This document shows, one piece after another, positions 50,614 through 63,009 of a stretch of 64,000 nt of DNA; position 1 is the stretch's first letter; each line of letters opens with the position of its first letter. The notes under the pieces were generated by a model. That model saw only the letters and a list, made by a program, of their open reading frames with translations, made no database searches and was not told where the DNA came from. A program made the translations under genes and the position numbers. Source of the DNA: Tubiluchus corallicola (taxonomy: Eukaryota; Animalia; Priapulida); the NCBI GenBank assembly GCA_030141605.1, contig JAQGDQ010000294.1, forward strand, positions 186,001 through 250,000, given 5' to 3'.

Positions 50614-51918
50614 ACTTCACCGTCAGTCATCGAGTTGCGTAAATGAATTAATCGTAACTAGTGTAAACTGTTAGAAATTCTGTAATGTCAGCAAGTAAAT
50701 AGCACGAGTATATGTGTTATGCATAGATTCATGCAACCTAGTTAGTTAAAATATTATTAGTCAATGAGTGCTCGCAAAACCATGTACCACACATCATAGT
50801 CCTATGCATGAAAATGTGAAGTCGTGTCATAGTTGTTTAATCAAACTTGAGAAACTGTTGGTTATGATGGGTTCAGTCTCGTTTTCTAATGTAAAGTTCA
50901 CATTCTCGTTTAGCTCAGGATATTTACGATGAGGATTCAAAAGCAACTGAATTCGTCGGACACAAGTTCCGATTTGGTGTCACCTTTAAGCAAAGTTGCT
51001 TACACAATTATTGGTTTTGCTTCCACAAATCCCTGTTTCGTCTATGAGAAAACAGGCGACTTGTGACAGCTAGTCGATAGTGCGCTAATGTCCAGCAGCC
51101 AGACTGCTTTAAAAAAGAAATTCCAGCTTAAAAACCTGTGCCATTATGTATGTAAAAAATATGGCTATAAAATTCATTATACCTTTATTTCTAGCTCCCT
51201 CACTCTTGTGGAATGTTCGGCTACTTACAGATACATATTCGATTTTATTCGCACATATTACATATGATAACAGTGAAATTGAAGCTGAGATAAAGCTAAT
51301 TAAGTGTCACATCACAGCTTAATTGCTTCTTGTGTCTGACGTCGCAGATACGGATGTTTAGTTATAAAGAATTAGAATTATTGCTCAACTATGCCATGAC
51401 AGTTTAAACGTCTTCTACTACAGACGACTCGGTTTTTCCTTCGTTTGTGTAAGTATGATGTACGTGTAATGTAATTATAATTTATTACACCGTGTGTTTG
51501 AATAATTGTATTATTGTATAATTGTTTACATATGTTTGTAATATTGGTTACATATATGTTTGTAACCTTGTTGTTATCACCCATCATTTGCACCAGAATT
51601 TTTGTACTATATGTTATTTTCTATGTTCACACTGTATTCATTTACTAATATGTACTGTACCATTCGACTACATAATAAATAATAAATTAATTTGTCTTGT
51701 TGCATCATCTCACATAACAGTCACACTTCGTTATAATGCCAAATTCATTTAAAGCCCAACTTTTTTGCAATCCCAATGTAGACATAAAGAGAGGATTATG
51801 ATGCCCTGTTATGATAACGACGAAGAGGGTATGAGGACAAAAAATTGCAGGGCTTCAATCTATTACGTATGCAAATGGAACTAAACTCAGTTAATATTGT
51901 TCTTTTCAGGAGAAGTTA

Positions 51919-53424
51919 ATGAGTCCTGGCTGCTTGCTTTATGGAATTCTTCTGCTCTTTATCATTCTGACTCTGTCACTGTATTTGATCATTCACAGAA
52001 CAACAGTGTGCACCCACAACACATACAGGGGATATGTCGTCTTCTCTGCAGAAACCTTCTACGAAGGCGTTGCACCACCGGCAGCTGTTGACAACGAAGA
52101 GGCGCAGACAAAATGCAGAACTAAAAAGCCCGGTCCAGAAGAATTGCTCATCAACAACACTTACTGGCAGATGGATGAGAGTGAGACAAACTTCTTCTTC
52201 AGTGCTTATTGGGATGGCAGAGAGATCAGTGTAGGTGGAGGAAAAGTATACCATGACAAGGCTAATATTATAAGAGTATTTGGCATGAGAGATGTTACAC
52301 AGGGCAAGCCTAATTTGTTTTGTTATCTTTGGTATGGTGACCACGTTACGGTAGCCAATGTGAATGAAGAAATTATATGGTTTAATAAGCCAGATTTGAT
52401 AGACATAGCAAATAAGCGATCACAATACCACCCATATCTCTATAACTGTCCAGTGAAAACTGGTGAGATTCCAGACTACATCTCGTTGTCGACATCTTGG
52501 TGCAAAGTTCCCACAAACTTACTGGAAGTAAAATCCAGAAATTACACACAGCCCCGGAGAGATTTTGCTATATGTGTGAAAGGCCTGAATTATGAAGATG
52601 ATGTCTCCGTAAAATTGATCGAATGGATCGAGATCAATAGAATATTAGGCGCAAAGAAAATTTTCTTCTACAAGTACAGCATCAACCCAGCTGTCCAAAA
52701 GCTTTTAGAGTATTATACCGACCAAGGAGTAGTTGAAGTACACAAGTCAACACTTCCGGGACACCAGCCAAACAGTCCCAATAATCGGACAAGATTTCTC
52801 AAAGTAAAGCAGTCGCAGAAGCGGCTAGATGAAGTACTCATGTATAATGACTGTTTCTATAATCACATGAAAGAATACAACTATATCATTCCACTAGACA
52901 TTGATGAAGTTTTAGTGCCAACAAAGCACAGGACTTGGCAAGAAATGCTTCCTTGGGTGATCAAAACTAATGTATACAAGGATCCTAACTCAAAAAATAA
53001 CACCATTGTAAAAAGATGCGGATCATACGAATTCAGGAATGTTTTCTTTTTGCAACAAATAAATACAGAACCTATTGACACTGTTCCAAAGTATCTAACA
53101 ACACTTCAGTATATAAAAAGAGTCAACGAAACCTCAATATTAGGATTCAACATGAAAGGATTCTTTAACACAGACTATGTGATTCTAGTCCACAATCACA
53201 CACCCTTTAAGGTATTCTCCTATGTATGGAGCTGGTGCAGTGTTCAAGAACGCCAAGGGTTGTTACATCATTACCGTGACAAGTGCCCTACTGATGACTA
53301 CACTCATCGCTGCAAAAATCTCAATGTAACCAAAACAGACATGACAATGTGGCGATACACCGACGAACTAACACAAAGAACAGAGAAAGCGATGAATGAC
53401 TTAAGTATTCCAATACCAAAATGA
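51919..53424 (+). CDS. Glycosyltransferase family 92 (DUF23), copy B
   Basis: Near-identical paralogue of 24667..26154 with the same motifs and a 6-aa longer TM segment. Flanking homology spans 51534..53626 versus 23670..26356. Confidence 0.9.
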   Translation: MSPGCLLYGILLLFIILTLSLYLIIHRTTVCTHNTYRGYVVFSAETFYEGVAPPAAVDNEEAQTKCRTKKPGPEELLINNTYWQMDESETNFFFSAYWDGREISVGGGKVYHDKANIIRVFGMRDVTQGKPNLFCYLWYGDHVTVANVNEEIIWFNKPDLIDIANKRSQYHPYLYNCPVKTGEIPDYISLSTSWCKVPTNLLEVKSRNYTQPRRDFAICVKGLNYEDDVSVKLIEWIEINRILGAKKIFFYKYSINPAVQKLLEYYTDQGVVEVHKSTLPGHQPNSPNNRTRFLKVKQSQKRLDEVLMYNDCFYNHMKEYNYIIPLDIDEVLVPTKHRTWQEMLPWVIKTNVYKDPNSKNNTIVKRCGSYEFRNVFFLQQINTEPIDTVPKYLTTLQYIKRVNETSILGFNMKGFFNTDYVILVHNHTPFKVFSYVWSWCSVQERQGLLHHYRDKCPTDDYTHRCKNLNVTKTDMTMWRYTDELTQRTEKAMNDLSIPIPK

Positions 53425-53670
53425 GAAGAATAAAGATTAGCAATCATATTCATTCCTGCATGGGTCATGGTTTTCTGCCTTGATCTTCTACATACTCAGA
53501 ATGAGAAGAACAAATATCAAAGAAATTCGTGTATTGGTGCATGCAGTATTTCAAGCATTGGATATCTGCAAGAAACAATAAAGGGCACGTGGCTGCATAG
53601 CTCCAGCGTGTTAAATTCAAGTCTTCAGCTGAAACATTTTTCACAAAGATTGAGAAGTCACAAACAGTCA

Positions 53671-53855
53671 GCCAGATAAAGCAGATCAAACCATCTCTAA
53701 GCTACAAACAAGTGATATGCCAGATAAAGCAGATCAAACCATCTCTAAGCTACAAACAAGTGATATGCCAGATAAAGCAGATTAAACCGTCTCTAAGCTA
53801 CAAACAAGTGATATGCCAGAAAAAGCAGATCAAACCATCTCTAAGCTACAAACAA
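53671..53855. repeat. 48-bp tandem repeat, ~4 copies
   Basis: GCCAGATAAAGCAGATCAAACCATCTCTAAGCTACAAACAAGTGATAT at 53671, 53719, 53767 and 53815. Confidence 0.93.
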
Positions 53856-54354
53856 AATGAACTGATGATTAGAAACTGCTAAGGAAGGACATATTTTTCG
53901 TTTTTCAAAATACCATGAAAGACAAATTTTGCGAGTGCATGGAAAGTAGAATGCACAAAAACATTTCAGTATTATAGGATGACATTTAAAGTTCATGTGC
54001 AGTACTTTTACGGTGCTATAATATAATGCGCTTTTAATCTTTCATTGTACAAGTCAATGTTTGCTAGCTAGTGACAATGACATAGCCTGATAATTGCAAA
54101 AGCTATTATCAACTTTGCAACTGACGCTAGTTAATACATGCTGGGCTGTAATATTGCAACATTTTATTCTTACTGAAACCATGGCTTCAACTGTGATAAG
54201 GTGAAAACGCTGCTGTGATAACTGCATAGGTGTAAAAATCTCCAAGAAAAATGCAAAAAGTGTCTACGAAGATTTTTGGAGCATTGCTTTTATGAAATGT
54301 GCAAAATCCGCATGGCTTACTTCTTACAAAGTGTTTTTACATAGAAGATTAATC

Positions 54355-54858
54355 ATGCGTAGACAGTCTAGACACACGTTGCTGATGTGAAGACAGTCTA
54401 GACACACATTGCTGATGCGTAGACAGTCTAGACACATGTTGCTGATGTGTAGACAGTCTAGACACAAGTTGCTGATGCGTAGACAGTCTAGACACACGTT
54501 GCTGATGTGCAGACAGTCTAGACACACGTTGCTGATGCGTAGACAGTCTAGACACACGTTGCTGATGCGTAGCCAGTCTAGACATACGTTGCTGATGCAT
54601 AGATGTCTAGACACGTTGCTGATGTGTAGACAGTCTACACACATGTTGCTGATGCATAGACAGTCTAGACACACGTTGCTGATGCCGAGACAGTCTAGAC
54701 ACACGTTGCTGATGCATAGACAGTCTAGACACACTTTGCTGATGCGAAGACAGTCTAGATACACGTTGCTGATGCGTAGACAGTCTAGATAGACGTTGCT
54801 GATGCGTAGACAGTCTAGACACACGTTGCTGGTGCATATACAGTCTAGATACACATTG
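54355..54858. repeat. 30-bp minisatellite, ~17 copies
   Basis: Unit AGACAGTCTAGACACACGTTGCTGATGCGT. Confidence 0.96.
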
Positions 54859-55483
54859 GTGATAATTTTTGTTTTGCATTAGTTATTAAAATGAACTTAG
54901 TGTCTTAGTAATTTTTTATAACAAACTGTAAGCTGCTTCATTAAGCAATGTTTTTAATTGACTTCAGGCATTTTATAATAGTAGTTCAAGGAGAAAATAT
55001 TTAATGCTGCTTATTTGTGAAGAAACGTAGAGAACATTAAATATTTTAATATAACAATGATTATAAACATTTATTTGTTTACGTTTGGCATTAACACATC
55101 ACTTTCCAACAACTGTCAACTGATTTTCAAGATTATGGTAATTAACAAGCTATTGTCAGATAATTGCTAAAACATTTTTAACATGAGATTTTGTATCCAG
55201 TAGTGGGCATGGATTTGCATAATTTATGCAGTGCATGTATTTTTCTCCTACTTCTTTCTGTTATTAGATTTTATTTATAACTCTGCTTAGTCAAATGGCA
55301 TGCAGTTGTGTATGCGATAAAACATTGGAGACATAAGCCAGCTGCTTTAAACATTTTGTAACGAACACTAGTAATAAAGATGTAATTAAACACATTCATT
55401 TTTCACAACACCAATGATAATAGTGTTGTGTTCAATTCAACTATGTTACGTCGATTGATCAGTACTTAACGTAGGCTGAGTAA

Positions 55484-57403
55484 CTAACAGGCAGATTCAA
55501 AGAAGCTTGAAGTAAAATCATTTGGATATGTTTTATCTAACAAATTTTTTGTTTCTGCTATTTCCTTTGCCAACAAATCATTTTTGCGCTTTTGAGACAC
55601 AGAAGAATTTTTCACTAAAGACACTTTTCGTTTGCATAATGAAAGAACGACATCTGTCTTGCCCTCGGCCATGTAGAACTTACACATGTCGTTTATCAGA
55701 GTCAACAGAAGAGTGTAATTATTACCGACAATGCGGGTTTGAGCAGTGAGAAGCTCCATTCGTAACTCGTGTTCGTCTCCCCGGGTTACAAGCTTCTGAA
55801 GTTCCTTTGTGTTCTGGCATTCTGGCCTATCCAAATACTCAGGTATACGTACACTGTGTTTAGCTATAACATGCTCAGAATCTGCACATCTTATGTCCAT
55901 AGCTTTAAAAAGACAATGTACTGCACTACCAAAATCCCTCCACCTTAGTGTAGCAACCAACTCCAAAATTTCTGCGGAAAGTTGTTTTGGGCAATCTTTG
56001 CGGGAATGCAAGAAATCTGCAACCTCAATAGCTCCAAACAAAACTGCTCGAATTGCACACGTTCTCAGCTCCGATCCCAAATTAACAGGCTCGTCGGGAA
56101 AAAGGTCGATCAGCATCTTAATCAACAATATGTTGAACCCCTTGTGCGATATGATGACTCTCGTCTCGTTAGCTTTGTTAGCAATATTAAACACAGTGTC
56201 TTCGCATTTTGTTAAAGCGTTTAATATATTTGAGAGATTATTTGGATCGCTTGCCTGAAGTTTATCTACAACATTCTTTATTTTTGTTCCAAAAGCATGA
56301 TTGGCATTTGTTAAGGCATCAACTCGTTCCTTTGCCAGGCAAATTACTGGTTGTAGCCGACGTCGATATGTGCAAACAGTAATCATAGGACACTGGAGTC
56401 CAGAAAAGCTTGCCTCTATATCACAACGCATAAATAGTTGAAGCAGCTTTCTAGCACCAGAATGAGCAGCCTTGTGAAATGGTGTCAGACCTTGGTAGTC
56501 CTCAATACTTGGATTGGCATCGTTTTCTATCAAGTATTTGATAACCGTTTCATTTGTTGTCAGATCTGCACATGCTAGCATCAGCGGCGTTTCTTTAAAT
56601 TTATTTTGCGGGTTCGTATCGCAGTGAACATTTAAAATTAGTTTAACCACCTCAAGTTTTGTAGCAGGTGCATTAGCTCTGCATGCGAGGTGTACTGGCA
56701 GCATGCCATACTTATCTGCCACATTGACGGTAACACCTTTGCCAAGAATAAATTTAATTAGAGATACTTGATCTATGTTAACATCATAGGCTTTTGGGAA
56801 GTCCGTAAGGCTAAAACAAAGTATATGCAGGAGTGTCTTGCCTTGATTGTTTACCACTCCTACAGTAAAATTATTATCATTCAGCAAATGAATCATATCC
56901 ATACTATTTACAAAGTGTATTGCAGTTGATCCATCTAGGGTTGCCTGCTTTTTGTCAACGCTGTTGCCTAGCAGCCATCTGACTGTTTCGGTTTTGTTAC
57001 AATGCACTGCTCCTAGAAGACACGGCAGTGTGCTACCTTGGAAGAAGTTGAGCGTGTCCTGACCCTGGCTTAACATGACAAAGCTCCCAATGTTGATCAG
57101 GTTATAACTTTCTAGGCCGCTTTCTGCCATTTCAAAATTGTTCCGAAGAAAAAGATCTAGCAGATCTAAGTTTCCGGAACAACAAGCCAGTCTAAAGGGC
57201 GTGGTGAAGAACAGAGTCGATTTGTCAGCTCCTTGAAACACAAGGCGAGTTTTACAGTTGCGTAAAGTTTCATGGATGAAATCGAACGTATCACCTTCTA
57301 TTGTAACTTCATCCCATAGGTAGTGCTTGAGGCAGAATGAAAGGTATTTCCTGAAAACTGTAAGAACAAAAGATGGCCGTTTAACTGTTACATAACTGCA
57401 CAT
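55484..57403 (-). CDS. Ankyrin-repeat protein with FEM-1-like helical/TPR region
   Basis: Several ankyrin repeats (TPFRLAC, GSTAIHF, GKTLLHIL, GMLPVHLAC, ETPLMLAC, GLTPFHKAA). The C-terminal AEILELVA...KAMDIR...ELQKL...ELRMELLTAQTRIVG resembles FEM1 ALELLGA...KAMxxR...ELExL...EMRMQALLIRERILG. The 5' end is uncertain. Confidence 0.8.
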   Translation of the reverse strand: MCSYVTVKRPSFVLTVFRKYLSFCLKHYLWDEVTIEGDTFDFIHETLRNCKTRLVFQGADKSTLFFTTPFRLACCSGNLDLLDLFLRNNFEMAESGLESYNLINIGSFVMLSQGQDTLNFFQGSTLPCLLGAVHCNKTETVRWLLGNSVDKKQATLDGSTAIHFVNSMDMIHLLNDNNFTVGVVNNQGKTLLHILCFSLTDFPKAYDVNIDQVSLIKFILGKGVTVNVADKYGMLPVHLACRANAPATKLEVVKLILNVHCDTNPQNKFKETPLMLACADLTTNETVIKYLIENDANPSIEDYQGLTPFHKAAHSGARKLLQLFMRCDIEASFSGLQCPMITVCTYRRRLQPVICLAKERVDALTNANHAFGTKIKNVVDKLQASDPNNLSNILNALTKCEDTVFNIANKANETRVIISHKGFNILLIKMLIDLFPDEPVNLGSELRTCAIRAVLFGAIEVADFLHSRKDCPKQLSAEILELVATLRWRDFGSAVHCLFKAMDIRCADSEHVIAKHSVRIPEYLDRPECQNTKELQKLVTRGDEHELRMELLTAQTRIVGNNYTLLLTLINDMCKFYMAEGKTDVVLSLCKRKVSLVKNSSVSQKRKNDLLAKEIAETKNLLDKTYPNDFTSSFFESAC

Positions 57404-59440
57404 TTGCCTGCTGATAGAGAGTTTCCACTACATCCACAGAACAGTTTATCATGATTGTGGGAGCAGAACTGACGTCACCTTACAGTCACAATGACAGTAG
57501 ACAAGAATCATTTGTACCCTAGAGCGCGTTCTACAATCACAACCTGACTGTAGATTTCTTGTAGTCAGCGCTGACAGTTTCCGCAAGATTTCGAGCTAGG
57601 CAGCACCAACACATATACTTGAGTTTGTAAAATGTGCTTTGTCTCAACTTGCGACAGCTAATGAACTTAAATCACTTAATTTCAAAAATTCATCAAGACA
57701 GTCGGGCTGTATGGAAATGCGCGGGACGTGATGATGACCGTGACTTTGGTGACATCATTTCAGAATCAGAATTGTTTGCTGTTCGACTGTAACAGAAACT
57801 CTCTAACAACGCACCGATTTGTTTGAAGTACATGCCAACAATGTGCAGCGCATTACGCAAGATCTTGTATCGTAAATGTTGAATAACGTGTACACCAACA
57901 GCAACGAAGACAATATCATAATAGCAAAAAACAAACTGATAAACAGACAAAACCGAACATTGAAGGAAAACCAGATGATTGCACAGACATTAGTTCAAAA
58001 TAAAGAATGTTCTAAAATAGTGAAAACTACAATAGGTTTTTTTAAATCAAAGTTTAAGTTAAATAACAATTACCTCAGATAGTTAATTTTGTTAAAGTTT
58101 CAAAGCTATACACAGCTCAGCGAATCCACTAAGACAGGTACTGGCTCCTTTTTATCACATTCACCTTGATGACATCACTGCAGTGATCGTCTGTGACGTC
58201 AGTGTGACGTAGAGCTCATTTTCATGACATCAGCGTCTTATAGCAATCTTTGCTTATGTGAAATGTGCTTGATGTGCAAGAAAGATGTCTACCATTGGAC
58301 AAATTGTGGCTAGTTTGTGACATACGCGATAGCTATATTCGGTTGCCATAAATAGCCTTTCAAAGGTAATCATTCAAATATCAGAAACAATTCCTAACTT
58401 TTATAGGCAAGAAAATGTATATTTAGGACAGTAAATTAAAATGAGATCAAGTTTAAACAATCGTCCGGTTTTCCTTTAATACTGCTAACAGTTGAAATAC
58501 ATCACATTACATTACATATGTAACAACAAAAGCTAAAAACATAAAGAGACATGGGCTGCAAATAAAGTGACTGTAATACTGTACAGATAACACTAGTACA
58601 GTCAAACAGTAAAGTACAATGAAAGCAGCTGGTAGCATACTTTACTTCAGGGTCAGAAGAATTCACACAACTAATCCTTACCTTAAAAAATTAAGGAAAG
58701 TAAAAAAATGACAAGAATTATCAAACTACATGTGTTATACGACAGACACAAAGCCATAAACTTACTAAAAAAGAAAAATTATGTAAACTTAAGAAAAGTG
58801 TGTCGAAACATTTTGCATTTTTCGACTTAATTTATGCAGGTAAAATACATTTACCTGTCACTTCATCTTCTCTTTCTGAGTTTTTATCCTCTGCTGCTTC
58901 TTCATTCATCATGAGAAATTGCACCGAAGCAATTTACAGCACATTTATCACATTACAAGCCACATATTAAATTATGAACATTAACAAATATCAGTGTTAG
59001 GAGTTTCAAATCTTGGATAAGCATGCGACCTTTGAACATGGCACGTACACCATCAGTGGCAGCTCTAGTGGCTATCTACAAAACAACATCTTAGCTTGTG
59101 TTAGCAACAATAGTGTACAAAATATGAACACAAGTTTAATACTGCTAAGAAACCTAAATACTACTTTGCATGTTAATTTTGCCTAATAATAAAAAACTGT
59201 TGTTAATTACCAATAATAATTAGCATGTAATTTGCAGAAGGTCCTGCAACAGTAGCTACTCTGTAACTGGGAGTTGTGTTGTTTCTTCCAACTAATTTAC
59301 CGTGACAAACATAAAATATACAAAAGGTGACTTCATTCCATTGAAGCAGTAACACAAAGTCACCAAAGTATAGAAGCAAAGGCTGAAGCTGCTTCTTTGT
59401 TGGCAGGTGTGAAGTGTCATGTGGAATTATGTATTGTATT

Positions 59441-59926
59441 CAGTGGCAGCTCCTAGCTAAGATTAGTGGGGGTGCTGTTTCAGAAAATGTTTAGCCATTG
59501 TTTTAATATTTTATAAAACCAAACAACACGTGTAATTTTAATGTTGTAATTTTAAACAAACAAACAAACATACGAAAATTTATATTTCACTTGATAAAAT
59601 CCTAAACAAAAAAATATTTTTTGCTCATTAATAGCCCAAATTTGTCGCAGTTCGAGCTTGATCAATTCACGGTAAGCACGTGACAACTGACAACAAACTG
59701 TGTGAGTGACAGTACTTTCTCTACCTGCGCTCAGACTTGTGTGGCATTTGTGTACATGGCTGCATATGCACAACAGCCAACAGTACTACCCTCATGTGCC
59801 CTGTTTCGGTACCAATATAAAGAAAGAACTAAGGAAAAAGAGTTACTATATTGAATATTATTGATAATATCGAGAGAAAATAGGGGGTGCTGCAGTTCCA
59901 CAGTACCTATACATGAGCCGCCCCTG
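59441..59926. mobile_element. hAT-like MITE, inverted relative of 1718..2293
   Basis: CAGTGGCAGCTC...GAGCCGCCCCTG. Both subterminal regions match the reverse complement of 1718..2293. Confidence 0.7.
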
Positions 59927-61898
59927 TACTCCACGCGGTGACATTAAAAGCAGTACTGTTTGCACATGGGCAAATAAAATAGTAAAGCATTTCTAATGTA
60001 ACCAGGAGTGCCACACTTGAGAAAGTATATGTACTTATCACAAATATATGGAACGTGTCTTTCATTAGCAGAAAATAATTTATAACGATGTCAAATTCAT
60101 TATTGCCTTTGTCCAAAACTGCAAAGTCAGATTATGTGATGACATTACTATTTTTTGAAAAATCCGGTAATAAATTAGATTTGGTTATTAAAGAGTCATT
60201 TTTAAAAATAAAAAAACTCTTTTGAATTAAAAATGGCTACGTTTATAACAACCACTATGACTCTGCGCGACTCTCGCAAGTTATTAAAGCCTCACAACTT
60301 TCTTATAATATTTCTTACAAGTTTACAGATTTATTTTGCCCAGTGAGTCAACTTAATTAGTGTCATTTTATAAAATTTGTTTCTTAGACTATTACATACA
60401 AGTTTTCTACTTTCATACTTCTTGACAACTGAGTCTGCACGAGTTACGTAGTTCCTGGAAAACTTTAAAATTACAAAATTGTGGAATAAAAACGTTTTTA
60501 ATTATTCTAATAGTACAAGTATAACATCAGATCTCTGCTAACATGATATTGCAAACTGGTATTTTCAAAAAAAAAATTTATAGAAACAAATAAAATTTTT
60601 ACTTTGTTTAATCTATTTAAAGTACAAGAAAAACTTCCATTTACATTAAGCTTAACAAATTTGTCTTGAAATTTTATACCACTTACATACTACCTTTTTG
60701 CATACAGGGCTTGCATCGGCAGTAATACTGTATAGCACATGTGAACTGAAACTCCAGCAATGAGCATTAGGCAAAGCCATTTTTATGATAACTCATTTGA
60801 AACAAGTTTAGATAACATTGTGTAAAGTTTGAAAATAATCAGAGCATTCGTAGTGCACACGCCAGTAACTAAGTAAAATTTTAAATTACTGTATCTTATC
60901 AATAGCATTAAAAATGCATTTTTGGTAAGTGAGTGGTGCACCCTGGAGGTGAGTCTGATGACATTTTTCCAATTGGTGAAAACATTTTAAATAATTAATA
61001 ATTTTCTTTACTAGTTTCATAAGTCCTTCCAGCAGGTAAGTGCAATGCTAACTAATATAACTTTGTATGGAAAGTTTTTTTGGGATATAGTTTAACATTG
61101 CCTTTTCTTCCCCTGACTGCCATTGTGCTTATATGACGTCATGTAATGGCACGGTCGGAACAGTATTGCGAGAAATTTAAAATGAAAACAAACAAAAATT
61201 CCTTTTGAACATGAGTACAATATACACACAAAATTGCTATTTTATAAAGTAATATAATTTTTTAGGCAGTTTTTCTGAAACCTACTTCAGGCACCCCTTT
61301 TCTTGTCCTTTAAGCCTTACCGATTTATGATTATAGTGCAAAATTATTTTATTTGTAGTCAGTTGTTGCCAAGCGAATAGAGAAATGTTCTGCGCAATTC
61401 TAGATAAAGTTGAAATATTTCTCTATGAGAAATGCGTCTATGTAACCAGAAAACTGAAATTTATTTATTAAGCAAGTAATTGTAGGGAAGCTGACAAGAA
61501 CAAAATGATTGTATTGCAACCCAAGGCCGAGCTCAAACAACTTACAGCGGAATCTAATATACCTACATTTAAAAACATAGAAATTATTGCGCAATTTGTT
61601 TTAAAGTCATTCATGAAAATTAAAAAGTTGTTGTCTTCGGCCAACCGAAATCTCTCTGTGGTCATGTTTAGAATTTATGAGATGAATTGACCAATACAAA
61701 ATGTTTAGAATTTATGACATGAACTGACCAATACAAAAATATAACTGTTTGAAGGTAACACCAAACTTTTCCAGTTCACTCAGAAATGTCACGTATCTAA
61801 ATGTTTAAATCTTTCTGCCTAAATTCATGTTTTTGTAGCTAACAAAATGGTATATTTAATATTGGGTTTGTTTTGATTGTTCATAGTTGATATTAATA

Positions 61899-63009
61899 CA
61901 GTAGGCACTGCTTAATAGACTCACTTTGGGACTGACATGTTTTGACCTAATTAACCGACTAAACCTATTAACTGTGCAGTTAAAAATTTAAAAAAAATAT
62001 TTTAAAATATTAATTAATACAGTAAATTAGTAACAAATTAAAATGTATACTTTTCTAAAAAAATGTTTGCAAAATGACTGTACCTACATCTTTGACTGTT
62101 AACTGATTAAGCGTGAAAGTGTAATTTGCAACGAGAGCTTCAAAAGGAAACTGCTAGGCAAGTGATTAAATGTTTAGCTTCCAGAAATTCTTGAGTAACG
62201 AGGTTAATTGCAGCGGGTAACAGCTAGCGTATTAGCGCATGATAAACGTACCTGCTTACAAACATAACATACTTAACATGACTGTTTCTACAGAGGTTAT
62301 AGTGCACAAAAGCAAAGTAAAGATGACATAAAAGTAGGAAAGGCTGTTTGGCTAACATAGCAAATGTCTTATTTTATGTGAAAGAAAAATATCTAGTCAA
62401 TTGTGCGTAGTTATTTGAGTAAACCGCCCGTTTTCATGTACATTTGAATAGAAGCGGCCTGTACCAGGCGTTTTAAGTCAATAAAGCAATTGAGTCTATT
62501 AACTGTGAGTCTATTAAAAGTGAGTCTACGAAAGCGATTGAGTCTATTAACTGTGAGTCCATTAAGTGATTGAGTCTATTTACTGTGAGTCTACTAAGCG
62601 ATTGAGTCTATTAACTGTGAGTCTACTAAGCGATTGAGTCTATTAACTGTGAGTCTACTAAGCGATTGAGTCTATTAACTATGAGTCTACTAAGCGATTG
62701 AGTCTATTTACTGTGAGTCTACTAAGTGATTGAGTCTATTAACTGTGAGTCTATTAACTGTGAGTCTACTAAGCGATTGAGTCTATTAACTGTGAGTCTA
62801 TTAAGCGATTGAGTCTATTAACTGTGAGTCTACTAAGCGATTGAGTCTATTAACTGTGAGTCTACTAAGCGATTGAGTCTATTTACTGTAAGTCTACTAA
62901 GCGATTGAGTCTATTAACTGTGAGTCAATAAAGCGATTGAGTCTGTTAACTGTGAGTCTATTAAGTGATTAAGTCTATTAACTGTAAGTCTATTAAGCGG
63001 CGTCTACTG
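61899..63009. mobile_element. Tc1/mariner (pogo/Tigger-like) non-autonomous element containing a satellite
   Basis: TA|CAGTAGGCACTGCTTAATAGAC ... GTCTATTAAGCGGCGTCTACTG|TA, i.e. TIRs with a TA TSD. Confidence 0.8.
62487..62998. repeat. 32-bp tandem array (15+17-bp subunits), ~16 copies
   Basis: Unit GCGATTGAGTCTATTAACTGTGAGTCTACTAA, which runs into the right TIR of the surrounding element. Confidence 0.95.

Noticed and set aside
54324-54879. Cys-rich repeat protein (CLDCLRISNV)n and overlapping ORFs
   Set aside because: They are open in several frames only because the 30-bp unit lacks stops in those frames. Indels at ~54600 break the frames.
58855-58912. Possible upstream coding exon (MMNEEAAEDKNSEREDEVT, - strand) for the ankyrin gene
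   Set aside because: It has a good donor, but I found no phase-compatible open path to the 57403 ORF.
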